DNA of 64,000 nucleotides, taken from the NCBI RefSeq assembly GCF_009914755.1, contig NC_060931.1. The stretch is one strand, 5' to 3'. Numbering within the stretch: position 1 is the stretch's first letter; each line of letters begins with the position of its first letter. The DNA comes from the human T2T-CHM13v2.0 reference genome, Homo sapiens. Below the pieces are notes generated by a model. It searched no databases and was not told the origin of the DNA. It saw nothing but the letters and a program-made list of their open reading frames with translations. This document shows, in pieces, positions 21,640-42,949 of this stretch. Position numbers and translations under genes: made by a program.

Positions 21640-22960
21640 TTGGCCACGCATCCTGCCATCTCCTCCGAGCCCGCCTCTGCCCTTCTCCCCAGGCCAGCTG
21701 GGGTACCCTGGGGTCCCCGACCTTCCTGGGATCGCCCAGATCTGCACGTCAATGCCCCCGCTCACTACACCCTCGCCCCGTCTTCAACTGGGGCCTGCAA
21801 GACTCCTACTCCCTTCAAAGCCCCTCCCGGACACCGCGTCCCTCAGGGTGCCCCAGGGATGCCCCGGGGTCCCCCGTCCTCACCTGAGTCCGCTCGAAGC
21901 TCTCGCGCTCCGCCGCCTCCAGCCCAGCGCCGACCCCGCGCCGGCTCAGCACCTTGGGCAGTGGGTTGGGCACCTGCTTCATGGAGCTGGCCATCCGATC
22001 CATGTCGCCGCGAGGAGCCGAGTCAGGGGCCCTCGGCTGCCCCGGGATCCCCACGGCGCCGCCCGCCCCGCCCTACCCGCGGGGATCCGGCGCTAACGGG
22101 ACGGCTCCCGCCTGCCATTGGCTGTGAGTTCTGCCAGTCTTCCAGAGACCCCGCCCCTCGCCGAACGGCTTCCCCGCCCGCCCCCGCCCCTTCAGGAGCC
22201 CCTCCGCTGGCTCGGCCCCGACTAGCCTCTCGGGGCCTCGAGGCGCGTGGTGACTGGTCTGGAGTCCTGTCAGTCACCGTGGTCCCGCCGTTCTAGGCAG
22301 GGCCGGGGCGGGGTGCGGACGGGGCGAGGCCTGGATGGGGCGTGGCCTGGGCGGGCTGCCCTGATATGCCCTCGCTCGCCCCGCCCCCGCCCGCGCACCG
22401 CCCTCTCCTCCCCTCGGCCGCAGTCCCCGCGCGCCCCGAGCGCGCTGCCCTCCGCCAAGCGCCGCCCACTACCCTGCCCGCTCCTGCAGGGGGCTATCCC
22501 GCGACGGCCCGTGGAGATGGGCGGGGATGACGCGGGCCGGGCAGTGGGGCCTCCCCCGGGGGAATCCCAGCCCGCCTGCGAATAGCCCGTTAGCTCCTTC
22601 CGGGCCTGGGACCCGGGAGCGCCGGACTGACCAGCCCTGCGGCCGCAGCCCGGGAAAGCGCAGCCCCGCGGGCGGGGCGCAGCGTGGGCGCCTGGCCGGA
22701 TCCGGCTCAATGGGTGGCCGCCCCCACCCAGCTCCCAGGCTTCCCGGTCCTGCACTTCTCCATTCTGCCCCTGCCCATGCCCTCTGCAAGGATCGCAGAG
22801 CCCAGGTCCCGGAGTTCGGGGCTGAGTCCGCGGGCACCTCCCGGGACCTGCCTCCCAAACCTCATCAAAGGAACCCGTCAGAGCTTATTTGTTGGTAGAA
22901 AGCCCTGTAGACACTTTCGGTTTATCTTAGGCTCTGAGCCGCGCGTCCCATCCTGCTCAG
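21640..22960. promoter_or_regulatory. CpG island / HIP1 promoter with GC boxes and CCAAT box
   Basis: Very GC- and CpG-rich relative to the flanks. Sp/KLF GC boxes include CCCCGCCCC (~22148, 22172-22190) and GGGGCGGGG (~22305). ATTGG at 22117-22121 is a CCAAT box on the minus strand, ~115 bp upstream of the ATG. No TATA box. Boundaries are approximate. Confidence 0.9.
21884..22003 (-). CDS. HIP1: Huntingtin-interacting protein 1, coding exon 1 (40 codons); remainder of the gene lies beyond the left edge of the window
   Basis: Minus-strand translation MDRMASSMKQVPNPLPKVLSRRGVGAGLEAAERESFERTQ matches the HIP1 N-terminus as I know it. ATG at 22003-22001 is in a strong context (gcggcgacATGG). 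The exon ends in phase 0 at a canonical donor CAG|GTGAGG (GT at 21883-21882). Confidence 0.97.
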
Positions 22961-23443
22961 ACGTCAGCCAGGGTACCAGCAAGCAGAGAGAAGTGTGATG
23001 CTTAGCAGGAGTGCTGGAGAAAGTTAAAAGTTTTCCGTTAAACTCCAATTTAGGTGTGTTTTTGTTTTTGTTTGTTTTTTTTTTTTTTTTTGGTTTCATT
23101 TGGAGTCAGTCTCCCTCTGTCGCCCAGGCTGGAGTGCAGATCGTAACACACTGGGACCTTGAGCTCCTGGGTCCTAGCGATTTTCCTGCCTCGGCCTCTC
23201 GAGTAGCTGGGACTACAGATGCACGCCACCAAGCCTGGCTATCTTTTTTGCAGAGATGGAGTCTTTCTATGTTGCCCAGACTGGTCTCGAACTCGTGGCC
23301 TCAAGCAAGCCTCCCACCTTGGCCTCCCAAAGTACTGTGATTACAGACATGAGCTACAGCACCCGGCATAGATGTATTTTTTAAAAGTTATTTGAAACTC
23401 GGAGTAATGAATGGCACCTTTAGGCCTAACAATTTGGTGATTC

Positions 23444-23471
23444 GTGTGTGTGTGTGTGTGTGTGTGTGTGT
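23444..23471. repeat. (GT)n microsatellite
   Basis: About 14 GT units. Confidence 0.95.
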
Positions 23472-23656
23472 TGTAAATTTGGCCAGGTGCGGTGGCTTAC
23501 ACCTGTAATCTCAGCGCTTTGGGAGGCTGAGGCAGGCGGATCGTTTGAGCTCTGAACTTTGAAACCAGCCTGGGCAACATAGCAAGACTCCATCTGTACA
23601 AAAAATTTTAAAATTAGCTGGGCGTGGTGGTGCAAGCCTGTAGTCCCAGCTACTCA

Positions 23657-23842
<186 letters not shown>

Positions 23843-24561
23843 CTACCACCTCAGCCTCCCAAAGCACTGGGATTACAGGTGTGAGCCACCCTGCCCTGCC
23901 TGTTTTTTTTTTGTTTTTGTTTTTATTTTTTTTAATAAGAGCGTTTGGTAAAAATTCACACATTCAATAGAGAAGTGAAAGAGGGGTGGGCATTTGCGGT
24001 TACTAAGGAGCCACTGAAGACTTTTGCTCAGATGTGTGCACTGAGGAGCTTGTATTGTGGGGATGGATTATGGGGGCCTGATGGAAGGGAGGAAATCAGT
24101 GGGGAGACTCTAGCGTAGATGAGAGACGATGAGGGCCTAGAAGAGAAGGGAGAGGAGGAAGTTCTGTCCCGTGGGAGGTTACGCAAATAAGGCTTGGACA
24201 CAGGGATTGGGGGATGGGCAATGGCGGTGCCATTCAGGCTACATTTGCATAGGAAGGACTGGACTGGTTTCACCTTTACTTAAATTGTGTTTCTGTGGGA
24301 GGCTTTGGGAGTGCCCCCTCCCTTGTGTTGCTTTGGGAGAGATTAGATGTCACCTGATTTTTCATGTCTAGGGAGAGGGAGATGACAACTGAGCGTGGGA
24401 GCACGGTAGGGGCGCTGACAGAGGAAGAGGAAATTACCTTGGCCGGGCACCGTGGCTCACACCTGTAATCCCAGCACTTTGGGAGGTCGAGGCGGGCAGA
24501 TCACTTGAGGCCAGGAGTTCAAAATCAGCCTGGCCAACATGGTGAAATTCTGTCTCTACTA

Positions 24562-24717
<156 letters not shown>

Positions 24718-24807
24718 CTATCTCCAAAAAGCAAAAAACAAAAAACAAACAAACAAAAATCTCAATTTTTAAAAAACATTTATTTATTTAGAGATAGGGT
24801 GTAGTGA

Positions 24808-25215
<408 letters not shown>

Positions 25216-26055
25216 TAAAAATTTTTTTGTGGCCGTGCCACAGTGGCTCATGCCTGTAATCCCAGCACTTTGTGAGGCCAAGGCAGGCAGCTCACTTGAG
25301 GCCAGGAGTTCGAGACCAGCCTGGGCAACGTGGCAAAACCCCGTCTTTACTAAAAATACAAAAATTAGCAGGGTGTGATGGCACGCGCCTGTAATCCCAG
25401 CTATTTGGGAGGCTGAGGCACGAGAATCGCTTGAACCCTGGAGGTGGAGGTTGCAGTGAGCCAAGTGTGATGGTGCACACCTGTAATCCCAGCTCCTCAG
25501 GAGACTGAGACGGGAGGATCCCTTGAGCCCAGGAGGTCGAGGCTGCAGTGAGCTATGATTGCACCCCTGCACGCCAGCCTGAGAGACCGAGACCCTCTCT
25601 CAGGAAAAAGAAAGAGAAGGAACTATGTACAAAGGTGTGACCTGAGTTAAGGGAATCAACCGGGACAGGTAAAGCACCAGATATTACTGGAACACCAGGA
25701 AGCTGTTACCATCTCTAGACCTAAAGAGAAAAGGGGAGGGAGCTGTGCTGTAACCTGGTGGGGGCTCTGGTCATGGGAAAGTAGGCATTTTCCCAGAGCT
25801 GTGACCTTAGGTAGAAAACCCACAGTCACTGTGGAAAGTGGCGTGGCAGGGAGGCAGCTGGGGGATGAATACCCCAATCTCTCTCTCTCTCTTTTTTTGT
25901 TTTTTCACGACAGGGTCTCATTCTATTGCCCAGGCTGGAGTGCAGTGGCACAATCTCGGCTCACTGAAACCTCCGCCTCCCGGGTTCGAGTGATTCTCTT
26001 GCCTCAGCCTCCCAAGTAGCTGGGATTACAGGTGTCCACCACCACGCCCGGCTAA

Positions 26056-26232
<177 letters not shown>

Positions 26233-26235
26233 TGA

Positions 26236-26499
<264 letters not shown>

Positions 26500-27903
26500 T
26501 AGTGCCTCCCATTGTCTAAACCCAGTTGGAAGCCAAGGGCAAGGGTGATGTGGTCAGTGCTGTTCCCATCCCTTCTTCTAGGCACAGAGCCAGCTGGAGA
26601 GTTTGGAGCGCTGGATCTGGAGAGGCAAAGAGATTTTTAGCGCAGAGGATTCTCAGGGGTGTATCTCCAAGGAAAAACACCAGACAAGCAGATGATATTC
26701 TTAATAACATTGCCTCTTTGAGCCCATTCTCTGTCTTGTGCCCTCGTCACTCTCTGGACCCAGCTAAAGAATGATTTATGACCCTTTGCCCAGAGTTTAT
26801 GCCTTCAATAAACACGGCCCCTTTAAACAGGGATTAAGGGCTCAGCCTAGTTCTTAATAGGAATAAACCAGACTAGGAATCAGGAATTTGTGGTTTGGAG
26901 GGACCCTGTGTGGAAAGGACTCAAGCGAGTTACCTTCCTCTGTGAAACTCAGAGAGAGTTAAAACTAAGGACCTTGGCTGGGCGTGGTGGCTCACGCCTG
27001 TAATCTCAACACTTTGGGAGGCCGAGGTGGGCAGATCACGAGGCCAGGAGTTTGAGACCAGCCTGGCGAATATAGTGAAACCCCATCTCTAATAAAAATA
27101 CAAAAATTAGCTGGGCATGGTGGCGTCCTGTAGTCCCAGATACTCAGGAAGCTGAGGCAGGAGAATTGCTTGAACCTAGGAGGCGGAGGTTGAAGTGAGC
27201 CAAGATTGCACTGCTGCACTCCAGCCTGGGCGGCAGAGTGAGACTCCAGCTCAAACAAACAAACAAAACAACAACAACAAAAACAAAACTAAGGATCTCA
27301 CACTTGCCTTAGCAGCAAAACCCTTTGCCAGGATTTGAGGGAAACTCCTCCCAGGATATAAACTACAGGACTCTGTGAGATGCGTTCAACTCTGACCTTC
27401 TCTTCTAGCAATTTAGGAAACAGTTCTTGTACTTTTTTTTTTTATAGGGGGTGGGAGGGGACAGGGTCTTACTCTCTCGCCCAGGTTGTAGTGCAGTGGC
27501 GCAATCACCGCTTACTACAGCCTCCAACTCCCGAGGGTTGCTCAAGCAATCCTCCAGCCTCAGCCTCCCAAGTAGCTGGGACTGCTGGCGTGTACCACCA
27601 CGTCCAGCTAATTTATGTTTTAATTTTTTTTACTGAGACAGAGGTCTTATTATGTTGCCCAGGCTGGTCTCAAACTCCTGAGCTCAAGCATTTCTACTGC
27701 CTTGGCCTCCCAAATTGCTGGGATTACAGGCATGAGCCACTGTGCCACCCCTCTTGTACTTTTGAGGGATGCTGGTTTCCAGACATAAAATCCTAATCTC
27801 TTAGAAAGCCAGAGGAGTAAGTGTCCTATCACCTGCCTTTTATAACAGGTGAAATATGTCCCATTTCATACTCGGTTTGGATCTGGTTTAGCATCTGATA
27901 TGA

Positions 27904-28155
<252 letters not shown>

Positions 28156-28515
28156 TGACCAGGCTGATCTCAAACTCCTGACCTCAAGTGATCCGCCGGC
28201 CTTGGCCTCCTAAAGTGCTGGGATTATAGGCGTGAGCCACTGTGCGGGGCCTAAACTTTGACACTTCTGAATAGTACTGACCAGATATTTTACAGGATCT
28301 CCCTCCATGTGGGCTTACTTTGTCTTTTCTCATAATTAGATAGATGCTATTAATTTTTGGTAAAATACCACAGAAGTGATGCGTCCTTTTAGCACATTCT
28401 CTCAAGGACACATACATATGTGTTATTACTGATGATGTTCACCTCAGTCACTTGGTTAAGGTGGCGTCTGTCATATTTCTTCACTGTAAAGTTATTATTT
28501 TCTTATTTGAGAGAG

Positions 28516-29586
<1,071 letters not shown>

Positions 29587-30189
29587 TGAACCACCGTGCC
29601 CAGCCAGTTCTGTTTCTTCTTAAACTTTTTTGCCCATTTTTAAATTGGACTGTTTGTCTTCTTCTGGAACTAATAAGTGAGTATTTCAGTTGTGGGTTCT
29701 TGGACAAGTTGCTGAATGCTTTGAGCCACTTACCCAAAAGTAAATTAGGAAGAGTAATAATGCAAGCTTTCATTCATTCAGCAAACATTCCTTGGGCTCT
29801 TACTCTGGAGGAGGCACAATACTAAAAAGATTATACATTTACTGTTTGGTCATGGATACATGTGTTTTTTAGAAAGCACATCCTCACTTGAGCCCAGGAG
29901 TTCGAGGCCATCCCGGGCAATATGGTGAGACCCTGTCTCTACAAAAAGCAAAAATATAGCTGGGTGTGGTGGCAGGTACCTGTAGTCCCAGCTACTTGGA
30001 AAGCTAAGACAAGAGGATTGCTTAAGCCCAGGAGTTCAAGGCTGCAGTGAGCTATGATTGTCCCACTGCACTCCAGCCTGGGTGACAGAGCAAGACCCTG
30101 TCTAAAAAAACAAACAGGCCAGGCACAGTGGCTCAAGCCTGTAATCCCAGCACTTTGGGAGGCCGAGGTGGGCAGATCACTTGAGGTCA

Positions 30190-30531
<342 letters not shown>

Positions 30532-30561
30532 TCAGGCAGATCACCTGAGGTCAGGAGTTCA

Positions 30562-30780
<219 letters not shown>

Positions 30781-30872
30781 CTAAAATAGAATGATGAGAA
30801 TGCCATGTTTCTCCAGATGTTTGGGGGATTAAACAAGAAGAGCATCTCATTTATTCAAAAGTATATTTCTCA

Positions 30873-31264
<392 letters not shown>

Positions 31265-31267
31265 TCA

Positions 31268-31608
<341 letters not shown>

Positions 31609-31676
31609 CTACTTTGATAAAAACAAGCAAAAGAAAAATCCCATATAGCTGTGTATATCCTTTTGTATGTGAAAGA

Positions 31677-31678
<2 letters not shown>

Positions 31679-31715
<37 letters not shown>
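31679..31715. repeat. (AC)n microsatellite
   Basis: About 18 AC units. Confidence 0.95.
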
Positions 31716-31716
<1 letters not shown>

Positions 31717-32739
31717 GGCATGGAAGGATATAATCCCAGATGCTAGTTTTGGTTATAAGATGGAAGGAGGGTTTATATACAGAGGTTATTGTCTTTATAT
31801 ATACTTTAAAAATAAAGGCAGAAAACATAAAGATAAAATAGTTAACAAACACAGAAACAACAAAAACACACCCAAAGAAACAGCTGAGCGTGATGGCCCA
31901 CATCTGTAGTCTCAACTACTTGGGAGGCTGAGGCGGGAGGATCACTCGAGCCCAGGAGTTCAAGGCCAGCTTGGGCAACATAGCAAGACCCCGTGCCTAA
32001 AAGAAAAGTACTCTCAGCTTATTACTAGCTAGTGTATATCAGGAACTCCAAGACTGAAAGCTGTATTATCTAAAGTCTTTGCCAGATCCTTTAAAAAAAA
32101 AAAAAATAGAGACAGGGTTTCACCATGTTGCCTAGGCTGCTCTCAAACTCCTGGGCTCAAGCAATCCTCCCTCCTCAACCTCCCAAAGTGCTGTGATTAC
32201 AGGTATAAGCCACTGTGCCCGGCAAGTCTTTGCCAGATCTTGAAATGTTCATGTCAGTACTCAAAGTATTAATTGTGTGTGTCTGTCTGCACATGCAGGT
32301 GTGTATAGAAAGAGTCAGGGTAGATTGGAGACAAGGGTGGTGCTCAGTAACGGGGCAGCAGAGACCTGCCAGGAGTGGTCTTGGGTGCCCCATACCTTTA
32401 TTTTTTTATTTTTTATTTTAATTTTTATGTATGTTTATTTTGAGACTGTGTTTCATTCTGTCACTCTGGCTGGAGTGCAGTGGCAAGACCACAGCTCACT
32501 GCAGCCTCAACCTCCTGGGCTCAGGTGATCCTCCCACCCCAGCCTCCTGGGTAGCTGGGACCATAGGCATGCACAATCCCCCCGGGTAATTTTTTCTTTT
32601 TTATGTAGCTACAAGGTTTTGCTATGTTACCCCAACTGGTCTCGAATTCCTGGGCTCAAGCAATCCTCCCGCCTAGGCCTCCAAAGTGCTGGGATTACAG
32701 GGATGAGCCAACGCGCCTGGCCCTATTTTTTTATTTTTT

Positions 32740-33068
<329 letters not shown>

Positions 33069-33394
33069 CTAAAAAAAAAAAAAAAAAGCTGGGTGCAGTG
33101 GCTCATGCCTGTAATTCCAGTGCTTTGGGATACCGAGTTGGGTGGATCACCTGAAATCAGGAGTTCTGAGACCAGCCTGGCCAACATGATGAAACCCTGT
33201 CTCTGCTAAAAATACAAAAATTAGCCAGGCATGGCGGTGGTCGCCGTTAATCCCAGCTACTTGGGAGGCTGAAGCAGGGAGAATTGCTTGAACTCATGAG
33301 GCAGAGGTTGCAGTGAGCCAAAACTGCACCACTGCACTCCAGCCTGGGTGACAGAGCAAGACTCTGTCTCAAAAAAAAAAAAAAAAAAAAAAAG

Positions 33395-33476
33395 AGTAGA
33401 AAAAGGAGTTTGATCTGTAACTGACTATGAACAATCAACTGAGATAAGAGGTAACTCAGCTACCTTCGGACCAGCC
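33395..33476 (-). pseudogene. hY1 (RNY1-like) Y RNA retropseudogene, 5' part
   Basis: Reverse complement GGCTGGTCCGAAGGTAGCTGAGTTACCTCTTATCTCAGTTGATTGTTCATAGTCAGTTACAGATCAAACTCCTTTTTCTACT matches the hY1 5' two-thirds, with a short insertion. Confidence 0.9.
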
Positions 33477-34394
33477 TGGCACCCCATTCCTCTATGGGTT
33501 GAACCAGGAGCTGGGTCAGAATCTGAAACTGGAGCCAGGAGCTGCACCAAGTCAGGAGCCAGGGAGGCAGGAACTGAGCCAAAATGGGAAGCCCAGCCAG
33601 ACAGGCAGCCCACAAGCCAGGAGTAGGGAGACAGCTCGGAATTGGCCCAGGTGATGGATGGGATCAAGTGTCCGCAGGACAAGTTGATCTCATCCTACAC
33701 TAGCAAAATAATGCCATGGCCCAAGATGAGGCATCCTTTGAGGGAAAGATACAAGATCATTTGTGGACAAGCTGAGTTTCAAATGCCACACAGAGATGGC
33801 CATCAGGCAGTGGGACCATCCAAAGGGTTGTCAGAGCTGTCAGCTTAGTGTCACCCGCATAGAGATGACAGATGAAGCAGTGGGCCTCGATTAGAAGAGA
33901 GAAGGGGGGCTGGGTGTGGTGGCTCACGCCTGTAATCTCAGCACTTTGGGAGGCTGAGGTGGGTGGATCACCTGAGGTCAGCCTGGCCAACATGGCGCAA
34001 CCCCGTCTCTACCAAAAATACAAAAATTAGCTGGGCGTGGTGGCGGGCACCTGTAATCCCAGCTACTTGGGAGGCTGAGGCAGGAGAATTGCTTGAATCT
34101 GGGAGGCAGAGGTTGCGTGAGCTGAGATTGCACCACTGCACTCCATCCTGGGCGACAAGAGCAAGACTCCATCTTAAAAACAAATAAACACTAACTGATA
34201 GGGATATAAGTCAAAATAGGAAAAAAAAAAGTGGATATCTCTGGGATATCATATGTCTCCCAGGATATAAACTGGAACTCAAGCAGTAAGCATGACTGAG
34301 TGGAAAGTGGCATGAAGTTATCTTCTAAGGAACTACAATGTTGCATATCTTCTGTGATAGTAACATGGGTATATAACTATGTAATGCTTCTTCA

Positions 34395-34607
<213 letters not shown>

Positions 34608-34857
34608 TCAGGAGGCTGATGCAGGAGAATCACTTGAACCCAGGAGGTAGAGGTTGCAGTGAACTGGGATTGCCTGGCGACAGAGTGAGACTCCGTCTCA
34701 AAGAAAAGAAAAAAGAAAGAACTTTGGGAAGCTGAGACAGGAGGATCACTTGAGGCCAGGAGTTTGAGACCAGACTGGGCAACATAGTGAGATCACTGTG
34801 TCTACAAAACATAAAAAAAATTAGCTGATGCTGGTGGCTACAAATTTTTTTTTTTGA

Positions 34858-35135
<278 letters not shown>

Positions 35136-35154
35136 TAGTCGAAAATTTTTTTTA

Positions 35155-35298
<144 letters not shown>

Positions 35299-35575
35299 CT
35301 ATCTCAAAATAATTTTTTTAAAACAAATAGTTATCTAAGGCTAATAACAACCAGTAAAAGCAGTCTCTGGCCAGGCACTGTGGCTTGCATCAGTAATCCC
35401 AGCACTTTGGGAGGCCAATGCAGGAGGATTGCTTGAGGCCAGGAGTTTGAGACCCGCCTAGGCAACATAGCAAGACCCCATCTCTACAAAGAATAAAAGA
35501 AAAAATTAGCTGGACATGGTGGTGCATGCCTGTAGTCTCAGCTACTGGGGAGACTGAGTTGGGAGGATCACTTAA

Positions 35576-35875
<300 letters not shown>

Positions 35876-35878
35876 TAG

Positions 35879-36073
<195 letters not shown>

Positions 36074-36120
36074 TGATCCGCCCTCCTTGGCCTCCCAAAG
36101 TCCTGGGATTACAGGCGTGA

Positions 36121-36282
<162 letters not shown>

Positions 36283-36534
36283 TAGTTCTCTAAGGCTAAT
36301 AACAACAAACAAAACCAGCCTCTTTCACTTCCCGTCCTTTCCTCTCCTTTCCTTTCCCCTACCTCCCCTCTTTTGTCTGACTCTCACTTTCCAGAGCAGC
36401 CCTGGGAAATCTTTATTATTATTATTATCATTATTTTAAAATAGAGACGGGGTCTTGAAATCCTGGGCTCAAGCCCTCCTCCCACCTCGGCCTCCCAAAG
36501 TGCTGGGATTACAGACATGAGCCACAGTGCCCGA

Positions 36535-37296
<762 letters not shown>

Positions 37297-37885
37297 TCAT
37301 AGCTCGCTGCAGACTCAATCTCCTAGAGTCAAATCGATCCTCCTGCTTCAGCCTCCCAAGTAGGAAGGACTATAGGTACATGTCACCACGCCTGGCTAAT
37401 TTTTTTTTTTTTTTTTTTAGAGACGGAGTCTTGCACTGTCACCCAGGCTGGAGTACAGTGGCACAATCTCAGCTTACTGCAACCTCCACCTCCTGGGTTG
37501 AGTGAACTGTAATTGTGCCACTGCACTCCAGCCTGGGTGACAAAGCAAGTCCCTCTCTCTAAAAAACGGGGAAAAAAAAATGCCAGGTGCGGTAGCTCAC
37601 GCCTGTAATCCCAGCACATTGGGAGGCTGAGGCAGGCGGATCACCTGAGGTTGGGAGTTTGAGACCAGCCACCCCAACATGGTGAAACGCTGTCTCTACT
37701 AAAAATACAAAAATTAGCTGGACGTGGTGGTGCATGCCTGTAATCCCAGCTACTCGGGAGGGAGGCTGAGGCAGGGAGAATCGCTTGAATCCAGGAGGCG
37801 GAGGTTGCAGTGAACCGAGATCACACCACTACACTCTAGCCTGGGTGACAGATCGAGGGAAAAAAAGGAAAAAAACAAGAGCTGA

Positions 37886-38158
<273 letters not shown>

Positions 38159-38711
38159 TGATCCACCTGCTTTGGCCTCCCAAACTGCTAGGATTACAGG
38201 CGTGAGCCACTGCGCCCGGCCAGACTTTTTTTTTTTTTTTGAGATGGAATCTCACTCTGTCACCCAGGCTGGAGTATAGTAGTGCGATCTCGGTGCTCTG
38301 CAACCTCTGCCTCCCGGGTTCAAATGATTCTCCCTGCCTCAGCCTCCCGAGTAACGGGGATTACAGGCATGCGCCAGGATGCCCGGCTAATTTTTGTATT
38401 TTTAGTAGAGATGGGGTTTTGTCATGTTGGCCAGCCTGGTCTCGAACCTCTGACCTCAGGTGATCCACCTGCCTCGGCCTCCCAAAGTGCTGGGATTACA
38501 TGTGAGAGCCACCACCCCTGGCCTGTAATGGACTTCTGTTAACCACTTACTACATAGCAGGCTCTGTCTCTGAGCTTTTTATCCATTATCTCATGAAGTC
38601 TTTGTAGCAACCTGATGAGCCTAGTATCATTACAATCTCCATTTTACCAGTAAGGAAACCAGGGTTAATGGAGGATTCAGGTTCAAGAACTTAGCTCAGA
38701 TCACACAGCTA

Positions 38712-39230
<519 letters not shown>

Positions 39231-39836
39231 TTAAGACTCTGAGGTCCAAGAAGGGGCAGTGACCTCTTTGTCACAGTGACCCCTTCATGAAGCACTGGAG
39301 CCACTGGTTGGGAGCAGGGAGGAAAAGTCATCTAGGCTGTCACCCTGCTCCTCCCAGGAGGGTGGATATCCAGCCTGGTGCCTCCCAGCTTGCCCTGTCT
39401 CAGCTCTTATGAACTTGGTGGATGTCTGACTGCCCCAGGAGAGCTTTAATGGAACCGTAGAGTCACAGCCTCAGCTGAAACAGTGGATTCTTAATGGAGA
39501 AGACAAGGTCATTACCAAACACAGCAGGAAGGCAGAGGACGGGGAAAAAAAATAAAAAGAGTGGTTTCTATGGAAGCAGCCCCATTCCAGCCGATCCTCG
39601 GCTCATATTCCCAACCAGGACTTCTGTTTCTGCTCCAGGTATCCCATGTCTTCTGAGGCCAAAGTTCATCTTTGTGCCTGGGTTCCTTGCCTGCCAGAGG
39701 CTCACCTCACCTGGGTCCTCACCCCCCAGCTTCTGTCCTATCCCAGAACATATTGGAATTTGGGCCTGAAGGTTGGAGAGGATTAGCTCACAGGCAGGGA
39801 CAAGTTTATTTAGGAAAAGCTTCCTAGCGATTCTAA

Positions 39837-40187
<351 letters not shown>

Positions 40188-40622
40188 TAGCCCAATGCAT
40201 AGTTTTTTATTGAAGTACAAATATTTACTTGTCCTTAGTCCTTAATAATATTTATTCCTCTTGTCTCTGGGCTCAGGGGACAGCGGGCTTTCAGGCCCCC
40301 TTGTGGTTGAATGAGATCTTGTAGCTTGACCTGTAATGAGTTGTGAGAATTGACTGGTGCTACATATGGCTTAGAACATATAGTTGCTTGTTGGGAGTTG
40401 ATTTTACCCTGCCACTGCCACTAAAAGGGTGGTTGAGACAGAACCTCTGTTCACTTGGCTCCCTGAGTGACTATGTGAGCAAAACTTCTGGCTACCCATG
40501 TTCAGCGTGCAGTATGGGTGGAACATAAACAGAGATCTGGGATTCTTGTTCTGCAGCATAACTTAACTTATCCTGACTGATTTCAGTGGAAGTTGCAGAG
40601 AAAGCACTTTTTGCAGGGCTTA

Positions 40623-41322
<700 letters not shown>

Positions 41323-41335
41323 GCCTAGAGTGTAG

Positions 41336-41701
<366 letters not shown>

Positions 41702-42303
41702 TAGTAGTTTTATATTGCATCATAATAATGTGTTACTCTGTTTATATGTATTGCTAGAATGTGAGTGTCACAAGGCTAGGGACCTGATTCATATTCTCAA
41801 ATAGCATGCAATCATTCCATGTTTTGCTTTGTTTTGTTTTAGACAGGGTCTATTACCCAGGCTGTAGTGAAGTGGTACAATCATAGCTCACTGCAGCCTC
41901 AAACTCTTGAGCTAAAGTGATCCTTCTGCCTTAGCCTCCCAAGTAGCTGGGACTACAAATACCTGCCACCATGCCCAGCTAATGTTTAAAATTGTTTCTA
42001 GAAATGGGGTCTCACTATGTTCACCAAGCTGATCTCAAACACCTGGCCTCAATGGATCCTCCCAGCTCAGCCTCCCAAAGTGTTAGGATTACAGGTGTGA
42101 CCCACCACACCCAGCCAATGCTTCTTTTGCTTTTTTGAGATGGAGTCTCACTCTGTTGCCCAGGCTGGAGTGCAGTGGTGCGATCTTGGTTCACTGTAAC
42201 CTCTGTCTTCTGGATTCAAGCAATTCTCCTGCCTCAGCCTCCTGAGTAGCTGGGATTACAGGTACCTGCCACCATGACCGGCTAATTTTTGTATTTTTAG
42301 TAG

Positions 42304-42450
<147 letters not shown>

Positions 42451-42606
42451 TAAATCAAGTATTTTTTTGAAATGGAGTTCTGTCACTTGAACTATTTTTT
42501 AAATGATTGGATTTAAATAATCATTCGATTTTTTAAAATTCGTAAATTAGAAGAAAAAATTTCCTCATGGAGTTGTAAGAAATGAAAAAAAAAATCTCAG
42601 GGGTTG

Positions 42607-42949
42607 TGCTCTGATTTGAATGTGTCTCCCCAAATTCATGTGTTGGAAACTTGGTCCCCAGTGCAACAGCGTGGGGACGTGGGGCATTCTGGAAGGTGTT
42701 TGGGTCTTGTAGGCTTCACTCTCACAAATGGATTACGGTTGCTATAGAGAGGCTTGCAGAAGTGGGTTTGCTCTCATTTTGCCCTTCTGCCTTCTGCCAT
42801 GTGAGGAAGCAGCAAGAAGGCCCATGCAAGATGCCAGCACCTTGATATTGGACTTCCCAGCCCCTAGAACTATGAGAAATACATTTCTGGTTTGTATATA
42901 TTACCTAGTCTGTGGCAGTCTGTTGTGGCAGCACAAATGAACTAAGACC
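42607..42949 (+). mobile_element. MaLR solo LTR (MST family)
   Basis: TGCT...TTTGAATGTGTCTCCCCAAATTCATGTGTTGGAAACTT start, GGACTTCCCAGCCCCTAGAACTATGAGAAATA motif and ...AACTAAGAC end. Confidence 0.8.

Noticed and set aside
22023-22118. 31-codon uORF (MAGGSRPVSAG...) upstream of HIP1
   Set aside because: Its ATG overlaps the CCAAT box and so is probably upstream of the transcription start.
22249-22278. 8-bp inverted repeat GGTGACTG...CAGTCACC in the HIP1 promoter
   Set aside because: Too short to exceed chance expectation in a 64-kb window.
21178-22998. Overlapping 100-290 aa Pro/Arg/Gly-rich ORFs on both strands
   Set aside because: These reflect stop-codon depletion in a CpG island. Only the 40-codon HIP1 exon has a recognisable product and a donor site.
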